Below are positions 17,269 to 25,196 of a DNA stretch of 64,000 bases, piece after piece. The stretch comes from Planctomycetia bacterium (GTDB lineage Bacteria; Planctomycetota; Planctomycetia; Pirellulales; Thermoguttaceae). The DNA is taken from contig JAUNBR010000003.1 of the NCBI GenBank assembly GCA_030527015.1, positions 28,624-92,623 on the forward strand. The letters are read 5' to 3'. A program made the translations under genes and the position numbers. Under the pieces are notes generated by a model, which worked only from the letters and a program-made list of their open reading frames with translations, was not told the origin of the DNA and made no database searches. Each line of letters begins with the position of its first letter. The first letter of the stretch is position 1.

Positions 17269-18242
17269 GGCTGTCTTTCCTCTCCGCCACACGTAATGAT
17301 ATTACATTCCGGCAGGGATTTCCGCAGCTGAGCCACTCCCACGTCTGTAACTTCAGTACGATTTACATAAAGCGTCTTCAATTTTTTAAATTTTTCCAGC
17401 GTATTCACCACTTTATCCGTAATTCTTGTACCTCCCAGATGGAGAAAGATAAGATTCTCCGCCAGCGGCAGCAGTTTTTCCACGTCCGCATCCGTCACAG
17501 GAATATTATCCATATTTATTTTTTGTAACCCATCCATTTCCGCAAAAATTTCAGTAACTTCTCCGCCAACATATTTTGCATTATAAATATTTATATCCTC
17601 TAAAACACTTAAAGTAACAAGTTTCGAAAGTCCATCTACAGAAATCTTAGTATTACTTAAATCCAGAGACCGAAGAGCTGACATCTCAGACAAAATTTCA
17701 AGAGAAGCATCCGTAATTTGGGTACCTGCCAGCCGGATACGTATGAAGTTTTTATTTTTTGCCAAAACTTTCACTCCGCTGTCTGTAATCTTTACTCCAG
17801 ACAAAAAAAGCTGCTGGAGTTTTGGAAGTCGGGAAATCTGCGAAATTAATGTTTTATCCGTTATCCCGGTCTTATCCAGCGAAAGACTGGTTAAAGAAGA
17901 AAATGCAAAAAGTTTTTGCATGGTTATATCTGTTACCTGGGGACCTGTAAGTTTTAAATCACGCAAAAATGGCATTTCCGGCAAATATTCTCCCGTAATG
18001 TCCGTATTTCTTGCATCCACAGCAATTACCGCTCCCTGTGAATTCTTACGAATTTTAGCACCCGAAGCCTCCAGTTTTAAAATTTTCTCTGAAATCTCTT
18101 CCGCCACAAGATAATGAAAACAAAAAAATGAAAAAATGATACAAAAAAAAGAAAACAGAAAGTTCTTTTTACATTTCAGAAAAAAAAGAAATTTTTCACT
18201 AAATCTATTATTTAAAATAATGTTTTTCTTTATTTTTATCAT
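17265..18242 (-). CDS. leucine-rich repeat protein with N-terminal membrane anchor/signal
   Basis: About 10 repeats of 24 aa of the L..L.L..T.ITD type. AAGGTG precedes the ATG at 18242. The track start at 18251 is GTG. Confidence 0.75.
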   Translation of the reverse strand: MIKIKKNIILNNRFSEKFLFFLKCKKNFLFSFFCIIFSFFCFHYLVAEEISEKILKLEASGAKIRKNSQGAVIAVDARNTDITGEYLPEMPFLRDLKLTGPQVTDITMQKLFAFSSLTSLSLDKTGITDKTLISQISRLPKLQQLFLSGVKITDSGVKVLAKNKNFIRIRLAGTQITDASLEILSEMSALRSLDLSNTKISVDGLSKLVTLSVLEDINIYNAKYVGGEVTEIFAEMDGLQKINMDNIPVTDADVEKLLPLAENLIFLHLGGTRITDKVVNTLEKFKKLKTLYVNRTEVTDVGVAQLRKSLPECNIITCGGEERQP

Positions 18243-18256
18243 ATTTTTCACCTTTT

Positions 18257-18364
18257 AATACCCGATGCAAGTATAAATTTCCGTTTCCCTGGCATTTTTG
18301 CTTCACTGAAAATGTCTTGCTTTCAGAGCCACACAAAACAGAAATGTAAAGAAAAACTCGTATA
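18257..18364 (+). repeat. SIR105 full copy
   Basis: AATACCCGATGCAAGTATAAATTTCCGTTTCCCTGGCATTTTTGCTTCACTGAAAATG... Starts 15 nt upstream of the LRR gene ATG. Confidence 0.85.
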
Positions 18365-18373
18365 AATGGATTC

Positions 18374-18414
18374 TAAATCCGATGCACTATAAATACTCAC
18401 TTTCTCTGCCGTTT
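18374..18414 (+). repeat. SIR105 5'-arm fragment
   Basis: TAAATCCGATGCACTATAAATACTCACTTTCTCTGCCGTTT. Confidence 0.5.
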
Positions 18415-18467
18415 CCAGCACCTGCCGAGGCCAGATTCTCTCTCTGGAGATCCCTCACGACATCCCA

Positions 18468-19022
18468 TCATTCTCGCCAGGTATCCCCGACTACATTTTT
18501 GTGCTCAAAACCTGAAATAAGCCATTTTTCATCATTATATTTTTCGAATTTCAGAGAAACGCGCCGTACCAGACGCTCTCCAGGCACATTTCCATTTTTT
18601 CCACGATAAATAATCACAGCAAAAAATTCAGCTCTCGCCGAATGAGGACTGGTAAGCTCATTAATATAAATCTGTAAATCATTCGCACGGACTTTTTCGA
18701 AATGTACATTTCTGAAAACTGAATGAATCATGGGAGCATAACTCCTTTTCATTTCTGGCGATAATAGTTTAAAAACATCTTCCTCATTTTGAGACTCCAC
18801 CACACGGACCCCTTCCTGAATAACCAGACGCACCCTTTCTTTCGCCGTAATGACAAAAAAGTCCAACAAAAAAATACTGATCCCCATCAGCACAGAAACC
18901 AGTGCGCCCAGTAAACAGATTTTATAACGTGTAATATTAAAGGCCACACAAAAAAAAGCTGCCATTAACATACAGAAAATTAAAATCGGAAATGGATTTT
19001 CAAAAAGATACGTGGTTAACAT
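18468..19022 (-). CDS. hypothetical membrane protein
   Basis: 184 aa with three N-terminal hydrophobic segments and no competing ORF. No family recognised. Confidence 0.55.
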   Translation of the reverse strand: MLTTYLFENPFPILIFCMLMAAFFCVAFNITRYKICLLGALVSVLMGISIFLLDFFVITAKERVRLVIQEGVRVVESQNEEDVFKLLSPEMKRSYAPMIHSVFRNVHFEKVRANDLQIYINELTSPHSARAEFFAVIIYRGKNGNVPGERLVRRVSLKFEKYNDEKWLISGFEHKNVVGDTWRE

Positions 19023-19056
19023 TTTTTACGCCATTCCTTTTCGCCTTATCATAAAC

Positions 19057-20052
19057 TCAAGAAATACTTCGAAGCTCCTGCAGTGCCTGAATCGCCGCAT
19101 CATGTAAAAAATTATTTGACGCACAGATTCCGCGATTTTTTTTCAGCGTCCGTCCCTGAGTAAAATCCAATTTTTTCCCATCAAGATCCGTTATTTTTCC
19201 ACCCGCCTCTTCCAGTAAAATACTGCCCGCCGCCTGATCCCAGATTTTTTCCTCGTAATCAGGCATTTTTGCAGACAAAAGACGAAAAAGTAAATCTCCT
19301 TTTCCATCAGCCAAAATAACATATTTTGCCTGACTGTCCATCTGAACCGGAGAAGCACACACCTTCATTTTTTGCATCAAAACATCCAGCTGACTAACAT
19401 TCGTATGTCCAGACTCCACAGAACGCAGGATTCTTGCCTGCGAAATCTCTTTCTCCTGCGAAACATGTAACCGGCGAGAAAAATTACCCTTTTTTCCCTC
19501 CTCAGAAGAATTTTCCCTCAGAGGTGTTATCCATGCACCCTGTTCCCGACATGCATACGCCAGCACTCCATCCTGAATATCCTCCACCGACAGACTCGGG
19601 CATCCCAAAACTCCCAGTTTAACCACTCCGTTTTCCACCAGTGCCAGAGCCACCGCATACTGCTGACCACGTAAAAAACCTTTCGTACCGTCCACAGGAT
19701 CTAAAGTCCAAAACTTTTCTGAAGACGATATTTGCTCCTGCCCACGATTAATCCACCGGCATATATCATCTTCTCTTTTCCCCGGTAAAAATCTCTGGAC
19801 ATATTTCGTTACCACCGGCAGCAGTTTTTTCCCCTCCTCCGACTGAAAAACATCAGAGGATTCCTCCCCAATTAATGGAATTTCTGGAGTATATTCTTCC
19901 AGTTTAGCTGCCACATATGCCTGTACCGCTAAATCCGCCACCGTAACCGGCGAACGATCTGATTTATCTAAAACCACAGAAACCAGCTCTTTTTGCAGCT
20001 GAAGTGTTAATTCCGATGCATGACGCACAACTTCTAATGAAAATTCTAACAT
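19057..20052 (-). CDS. 3'(2'),5'-bisphosphate nucleotidase / inositol monophosphatase family (HAL2/CysQ-like)
   Basis: WTLDPVDGTKGF and IWDQAAG motifs of the IMPase superfamily. I prefer the ATG at 20052 (MLEFSLE). Confidence 0.8.
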   Translation of the reverse strand: MLEFSLEVVRHASELTLQLQKELVSVVLDKSDRSPVTVADLAVQAYVAAKLEEYTPEIPLIGEESSDVFQSEEGKKLLPVVTKYVQRFLPGKREDDICRWINRGQEQISSSEKFWTLDPVDGTKGFLRGQQYAVALALVENGVVKLGVLGCPSLSVEDIQDGVLAYACREQGAWITPLRENSSEEGKKGNFSRRLHVSQEKEISQARILRSVESGHTNVSQLDVLMQKMKVCASPVQMDSQAKYVILADGKGDLLFRLLSAKMPDYEEKIWDQAAGSILLEEAGGKITDLDGKKLDFTQGRTLKKNRGICASNNFLHDAAIQALQELRSIS

Positions 20053-20187
20053 AATATTATTTCTCTTTTTTAAATATTTTTTGTTTTTATATCCATACAT
20101 AATAAATAATCACGAATTCTCTGGCTTTAATTTTAACATATTATTCTTTCGCTGCAACTACTTTCATTCCAAGCTTTATCAGAATAA

Positions 20188-20216
20188 TTGACATCTGGGA
20201 AAAAATATGTAATAGT
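20188..20216 (+). promoter_or_regulatory. candidate sigma70-type promoter upstream of yjbQ-like gene
   Basis: TTGACA (20188-20193), 17-nt spacer, AATAGT. The -10 is weak. This is one of the few spacers without a SIR105 copy. Confidence 0.3.
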
Positions 20217-20291
20217 ACTTATATATACTGCATACTCAGATTACCTATTCTTCTCAGTCCTCTTTCCGCTATCATTTTTTATTATACTTAT

Positions 20292-20726
20292 ATGAAATTT
20301 TATCAAAAAATCATTTCTCTTCCAGCTTTTCCTCGTGGATGTCACCTAATCACATCATTTATATATAAGGAAATACCTGAAATTTCTCATATTAAAATCG
20401 GGATGTTTTCTGTTTTTATCCGTCACACATCCGCATCTTTAACCATAAACGAAAATGCAGATCCTGACGTCCCACATGATCTGGAAACGTTACTCTGCAG
20501 CTGGGCAAAAGATGATTTTCTGTACCGGCACACTGAAGAAGGGCCGGATGACATGTCCGCCCATGGAAAAGCCTCCCTCATGGGAGCTCAGCTTTCCATT
20601 CCAGTAAAAAATGGCCAACTTTTATTAGGAACATGGCAGGGAATTTATCTCTGTGAACACCGTCTCCACGCAGGGTGCCGTCAGTTAGTGCTGACACTCT
20701 GGGGAGAAGAACACCCAGATAAATGA
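20292..20726 (+). CDS. YjbQ/UPF0047 family protein (secondary thiamine-phosphate synthase)
   Basis: 144 aa. HTSASLTINENADPDV block is typical of UPF0047. Confidence 0.85.
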   Translation: MKFYQKIISLPAFPRGCHLITSFIYKEIPEISHIKIGMFSVFIRHTSASLTINENADPDVPHDLETLLCSWAKDDFLYRHTEEGPDDMSAHGKASLMGAQLSIPVKNGQLLLGTWQGIYLCEHRLHAGCRQLVLTLWGEEHPDK

Positions 20727-20731
20727 TTACA

Positions 20732-20836
20732 TATACGGGTTCCACATTAAACTTCCATTTTGTGCGGCTCTGAAACCAGGCTTTTTTAGCGAAGCAAAAT
20801 GCCGAGAAAGCGGAAATTCATAGTGCATCGAGTATA
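20732..20836 (-). repeat. SIR105 full copy
   Basis: TATACGGGTTCCACATTAAACTTCCATTTTGTGCGGCTCTGAAACCAGG...GCGGAAATTCATAGTGCATCGAGTATA. Starts 6 nt after the yjbQ-like stop. Confidence 0.85.
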
Positions 20837-20925
20837 TAAAAAACAAAAGATGAAAATCGAGCATTTTTGATATTTTCGGAGCCAAAACTCCCTGTTTTCA
20901 TAAATTTTGCGAATTTTTTCTAAAA

Positions 20926-21029
20926 TATACGGATTCCACTTTAAATTTCCGTTTAAGAGACTCTGAAAGCAGGCATTTTCAGCGAAATAAAATGCCGAGG
21001 AAGCGGAAATTTATAGTGTATCGGGTATA
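20926..21029 (-). repeat. SIR105 full copy
   Basis: Near-consensus copy: TATACGGATTCCACTTTAAATTTCCG...GGCATTTTCAGCGAAATAAAATGCC...TATAGTGTATCGGGTATA. Confidence 0.95.
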
Positions 21030-21103
21030 AACCCTGTCATATTTTGTAAAAAAACAAAAATCATCACTCTGAAACCTTTAAATTTTCTTTTTTTTACATA
21101 TAA

Positions 21104-21208
21104 TATACTGGATCCACTTTAAATTTCCGTTTTCTGCGGCTCTCGAAGCAGGCTTTTTCAGCGAAGCAAAATGCCGGGAAAGCGGAAATTTATAGTATAT
21201 CGGGTATA
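21104..21208 (-). repeat. SIR105 full copy
   Basis: Near-consensus copy: TATACTGGATCCACTTTAAATTTCCG...TATAGTATATCGGGTATA. Lies 139 nt upstream of rnc. Confidence 0.95.
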
Positions 21209-21347
21209 AATATTTATATCTGTAAGTCCAGAACTTTCAGACTTCACCAGCACAAATAACCATATTCTGTATTTACAAAAAACAGATTTTGAAAGTGAAA
21301 CCTGCGTATTTTTTATTTACAGTTTTTGATAATTTTAAATATAAATA

Positions 21348-22088
21348 ATGAACATATTAAATCTGGATCCAAAATCCATCCATAAACTTAATACCTGCCA
21401 GGAAGCAATTAATTATCAGTTTAAGAATCCTGAATTATTAATTGCCGCGCTGACTCATTCCTCCGGAGCCGTCACACCATTTTTTTCGAATGAACGTCTG
21501 GAATTTCTTGGTGACGCGGTTCTTGGAATGCTTATCGTGGAAATCCTGTATCACCGGTGTAAAGATATGATGGAAGGCCAGATGACTCAAATTAAATCGG
21601 TCGTAGTAAGCCGAGTTTCATGTTCAAAAATCTCAAAAACACAGGGTCTCGGTAAATTCCTTTTTTTGGGAAAAGGAATGGAGCATTTTAAATGTTTACC
21701 TGACTCTCTTTTAGCTAATGTTCAGGAATCAATTATCGGTGCAATTTACCTCGACGGAGGAATGAACGCGGCCAGAACATATGTAACGAATCATTTTGAA
21801 GAAGAAATTGAAGAAAATATTCGTGGAACCTCAGGTCAAAATTTCAAAACACTTTTACAGCAGTATTCACAGCAGAATATGCACCAAACTCCGCTTTATG
21901 TGGTTCTGGACGAGAGAGGTCCTGATCATAATAAATGTTTTAAAGTCTGCGTTTCGCTGGATGAAATAAATTATCAGGGCGCATGGGGAAAAAATAAAAA
22001 AGAAGCAGAACAGCGTGCAGCTCATAACGCCTATAATCAGATCATGGGTCTGCAGCCACCTTATCCATCCGATCAACAAAATATATAA
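21348..22088 (+). CDS. rnc: ribonuclease III
   Basis: NERLEFLGDAVLG signature and a C-terminal dsRBD (GPDH.K.F.V...). Confidence 0.92.
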   Translation: MNILNLDPKSIHKLNTCQEAINYQFKNPELLIAALTHSSGAVTPFFSNERLEFLGDAVLGMLIVEILYHRCKDMMEGQMTQIKSVVVSRVSCSKISKTQGLGKFLFLGKGMEHFKCLPDSLLANVQESIIGAIYLDGGMNAARTYVTNHFEEEIEENIRGTSGQNFKTLLQQYSQQNMHQTPLYVVLDERGPDHNKCFKVCVSLDEINYQGAWGKNKKEAEQRAAHNAYNQIMGLQPPYPSDQQNI

Positions 22089-22106
22089 GAAAGAGGAGGT
22101 TTACAG

Positions 22107-23111
22107 ATGAAAAAAAAGGTTATCGCCCTACTCTCCGGAGGTTTCGACAGTGCTCTGGCGGTGCGCATCATGCAGCGGGAGGGTTCTGAAGTGGAAGGAC
22201 TTCATGTCGTTACCCCTTTCGTAGAATCATACTCAGAAGCCAAAAAATGTGCCGATGATCTGGGAATTTTTTTTCACGCCGTATATACAGAGCCAACTTA
22301 TATCGAGATTCTTAAGCATCCACTTTTTGGATATGGAAAAGCGGCGAATCCCTGCCTGGACTGCCATCTTTTCATGTTAAAAATGGCAAAAAAACGTATG
22401 GAAGAAACAGGTGCCTGCGCTGTCATTACGGGAGAAGTGCTCGGGCAGCGGCCCATGAGCCAGAGGCGGCATCATTTAGAAATGCTGGAATTTCGTTCCG
22501 GCCTAAAAGGCAGATTACTGCGTCCGATCAGTGCAAAACTTTTACCCATCACGGAACCAGAAACCTCAGGAATGATTGACCGTGAAAAATTATATGGATT
22601 TCAGGGACGTGCCCGAGCTCCTTTACATTCTCTGGGGAAAAGCCTGGGTTTAACATATATCCCCGGTGCTTCTCCCGGATGCTGTCTGACCCAAAAATCT
22701 TTCGCTCCGCGCGTTTTTGACCTGATCCGTAACGCTCCACAGGCAAAAATGTGGGAATATGAGCTTTTACGCTTCGGCCGACATTTACGCCTGAATGATT
22801 CCACGCGCGTCATTATGGGGCGTAATGCAAAAGACTGTACCATCATTCGTGAAAAATTTCTTGAAAACTGTGCCGGCCGGAATGATCTGGCATATTTTGA
22901 ACCAGAAAATTATACTGGCCCCAGCATACTTTTAATAGGACAGATCACAGAAGAAACTCTGGTACAGGCAAAAATGCTTCAGATTCATTATTCCAAAAAT
23001 GCTCACATGGTTCCCGAAATCATTTTCAGACATTTTTCATCAAAAGAAGAAACGCTGGAAAAATTTATCCCTGTTACCGATATTTCTGTCTCAGAATATT
23101 CACCCCTGTAA
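22107..23111 (+). CDS. PP-loop ATPase, ThiI-like tRNA sulfurtransferase family (no THUMP domain)
   Basis: SGGFDS PP-loop at the N terminus and ITGEVLGQRPMSQ resembling ThiI TGESLGQVASQ. GAGGAGG RBS. Lies 18 nt after rnc. Confidence 0.7.
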   Translation: MKKKVIALLSGGFDSALAVRIMQREGSEVEGLHVVTPFVESYSEAKKCADDLGIFFHAVYTEPTYIEILKHPLFGYGKAANPCLDCHLFMLKMAKKRMEETGACAVITGEVLGQRPMSQRRHHLEMLEFRSGLKGRLLRPISAKLLPITEPETSGMIDREKLYGFQGRARAPLHSLGKSLGLTYIPGASPGCCLTQKSFAPRVFDLIRNAPQAKMWEYELLRFGRHLRLNDSTRVIMGRNAKDCTIIREKFLENCAGRNDLAYFEPENYTGPSILLIGQITEETLVQAKMLQIHYSKNAHMVPEIIFRHFSSKEETLEKFIPVTDISVSEYSPL

Positions 23112-23115
23112 CTTT

Positions 23116-23225
23116 TATTCCCGATATACTAATATAAATTTTCGCCTTCCCCGGCATTTTTGTTTCACTGAAAATACCTGCTTTCAGAACCGCATAAAAC
23201 GGAAATTTAAAGGAAAACCAGTATT
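23116..23225 (+). repeat. SIR105 full copy
   Basis: TATTCCCGATATACTAATATAAATTTTCGCC...GGAAATTTAAAGGAAAACCAGTATT. Starts 5 nt after the stop of the ThiI-like gene. Confidence 0.9.
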
Positions 23226-23300
23226 ATATACGTAAATTCCATATGTGATATTATAAAATTTATATAAAGTTAAATGTACCACAGGAAGGACTAAAACTGC

Positions 23301-24878
23301 ATGCATCCAAAATCTCCTCTAGATAACTCGGATCCCATTCCTACAGATACTCCTAATTTTTCGGAACCGACTTTTTTTCCGGAAAAGTTTCTTTCGAAAC
23401 CGAGTCCTCAAAAAATTTCCCGTTTCATAATCATCGGAGCGGCCACCGTCATTCTTCTGGCGGGAATTAAAGCGGCGAATGATATCGTCGCGCCGGTTTT
23501 ACTGGCGTTATTTGTAACGATCATCCTTTTAGTTCCCCTGCGCTGGCTCCAAAAAAAAGGATGTCCCAGTATTATTTCTCTTATTTTAGTTCTTGGAACG
23601 ACTTTAATGCTTTTTTTAGGAATCGCCATTTTCGTCGGACAGTCACTAAATAATTTTATCGGAGAAATTCCTGTATATCGAGAAAAAATCGCACTTAAAA
23701 TTCAGGTGCTGGAACAAAAATTAGAACAGTATGGTTTCGCTCTGGGATGGGATGAAGAAAAAGAATCTCTGGAAGAGACCGAAGAATCACAAAAAACCGA
23801 AGATTCACAAAAAAATGTTACGCCACAGGAAACAGGTACACGCGCTACAGAAAAAAATCCTTCTGCGGATCTTCCTCTAAACACGAACTCCACGAAAAAC
23901 ACAAAAAATTCAGATGGCATACCGCCTGAAAATTTAATTCCCTCTCAAAATGGTGAAACAGAAGAACTTCCGAGTAAAAAGTCTAAAAATCAGAGTCCCC
24001 CGTCCATGGAAAACCTTACGCAGAAAAAAAATCCTAAAAAAACAGGACTTTTTTCTGGTGAAGATACCTTATTTTCGGATTATTCTGAAACAGACTCGGA
24101 TTTTATAGCCTCTTATGACCCCGATAAATTTTTAGCGGAAATAAATGAAGAACAGTCTCTGATTCCCCTGGATACCAAAACGGTAATGTACTGGATCACA
24201 AAATCAGTCGTCGAAATAAAAAATTTAGCTGCGTATGGCTTTCTTGTCATGATTTTTACGCTGTTTATGATTTTTGAAGCGGCACGCTTCCCAGCTAAAG
24301 TGGATCTCGCTTTCGGAAAAGAAGCTCCGATCGGAAATAAACATTTCCATCATATCGCTCACGAAATCCGGCGTTACCTTTTCCTAAAAGCCATTTCCAG
24401 CTTACTGTCTGCAGCGGCCGCGACCATGGTTTACGTATTCTTCGGAGTACCCGCCGCCCTCTTTTGGGGTCTTGTCGCATTCTTCCTTTATTTCATACCA
24501 AATATCGGCGGAATCGTCGCCTCCATCATTCCCGGTCTACTCATTTTCATGACGTATGATGTACAGGGTGTAATTCTGTATATTCTGTGTCTGACGGCGA
24601 TCGAATGTACGATCGGTTACGGAATCGAGCCAAAAATGCTTGGACACGGTCTGGGAATTTCCACCGTGGTTATTCTTATGTCACTCTTTTTCTGGGGATG
24701 GATTCTCGGCCTGGTGGGATTTTTCCTTGCCGCGCCCTTAACTATTATGGTAAAAATCGTCCTCCAGGCCTTTAAAGAAACAGAATGGCTCGCGATTCTT
24801 ATCGGAGACCAGCCAAAACATACGACAAAACATTTTAGCTTTTTCACATCAGAAGAAGAATCGATTTCCGATGCATGA
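23301..24878 (+). CDS. AI-2E (PerM/UPF0118) family transporter with long acidic/low-complexity insert
   Basis: N- and C-terminal TM bundles with a GLGISTVVILMSLFFWGWILG..G..LAAPLT block. An insert of about 170 aa rich in E/K/S/T/N sits between them. Confidence 0.8.
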   Translation: MHPKSPLDNSDPIPTDTPNFSEPTFFPEKFLSKPSPQKISRFIIIGAATVILLAGIKAANDIVAPVLLALFVTIILLVPLRWLQKKGCPSIISLILVLGTTLMLFLGIAIFVGQSLNNFIGEIPVYREKIALKIQVLEQKLEQYGFALGWDEEKESLEETEESQKTEDSQKNVTPQETGTRATEKNPSADLPLNTNSTKNTKNSDGIPPENLIPSQNGETEELPSKKSKNQSPPSMENLTQKKNPKKTGLFSGEDTLFSDYSETDSDFIASYDPDKFLAEINEEQSLIPLDTKTVMYWITKSVVEIKNLAAYGFLVMIFTLFMIFEAARFPAKVDLAFGKEAPIGNKHFHHIAHEIRRYLFLKAISSLLSAAAATMVYVFFGVPAALFWGLVAFFLYFIPNIGGIVASIIPGLLIFMTYDVQGVILYILCLTAIECTIGYGIEPKMLGHGLGISTVVILMSLFFWGWILGLVGFFLAAPLTIMVKIVLQAFKETEWLAILIGDQPKHTTKHFSFFTSEEESISDA

Positions 24879-24881
24879 TTT

Positions 24882-25089
24882 TTATCCAGATGCATTATAA
24901 GAATGACGTATTACCGGCATTTTATACCCGATGCACTATGAATTTTCACTTTCCCGGCATTTTTGCTTCGCCGAAAATACCTGTTTTCTGAACCGCACAA
25001 AACGGAAATTTAATGCAGAACCAGTATTCTCGGTAAAATGCCGGCACCCAGAACCACGCAAAACGAAAATTTTACGTGGAGCCAAGATA
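24882..25089 (+). mobile_element. SIR105 copy split by insertion of another SIR105 copy (nested composite)
   Basis: Outer 5' part 24882-24922 ends ...TACCGGCATTT. Outer 3' part 25028-25089 resumes TCTCGGTAAAATGCCGGCACCCAGAACCACGCAAAACGAAAATTTTACGTGGAGCCAAGATA. Confidence 0.75.
24923..25027 (+). repeat. SIR105 full copy (inner element of nested pair)
   Basis: TATACCCGATGCACTATGAATTTTCACTTTCCCGGCATTTTTGCTTCGCCGAAAATACC...GGAAATTTAATGCAGAACCAGTAT. Confidence 0.9.
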
Positions 25090-25196
25090 AAGTAAAATTA
25101 CAGAATATGGCACTTTTCGAGGTAATGTACATTCCTAAATATAACCCCGGAAAATAACCACATACCGGCCAGGGAATCCGCATTTTAGGCCAAAAA

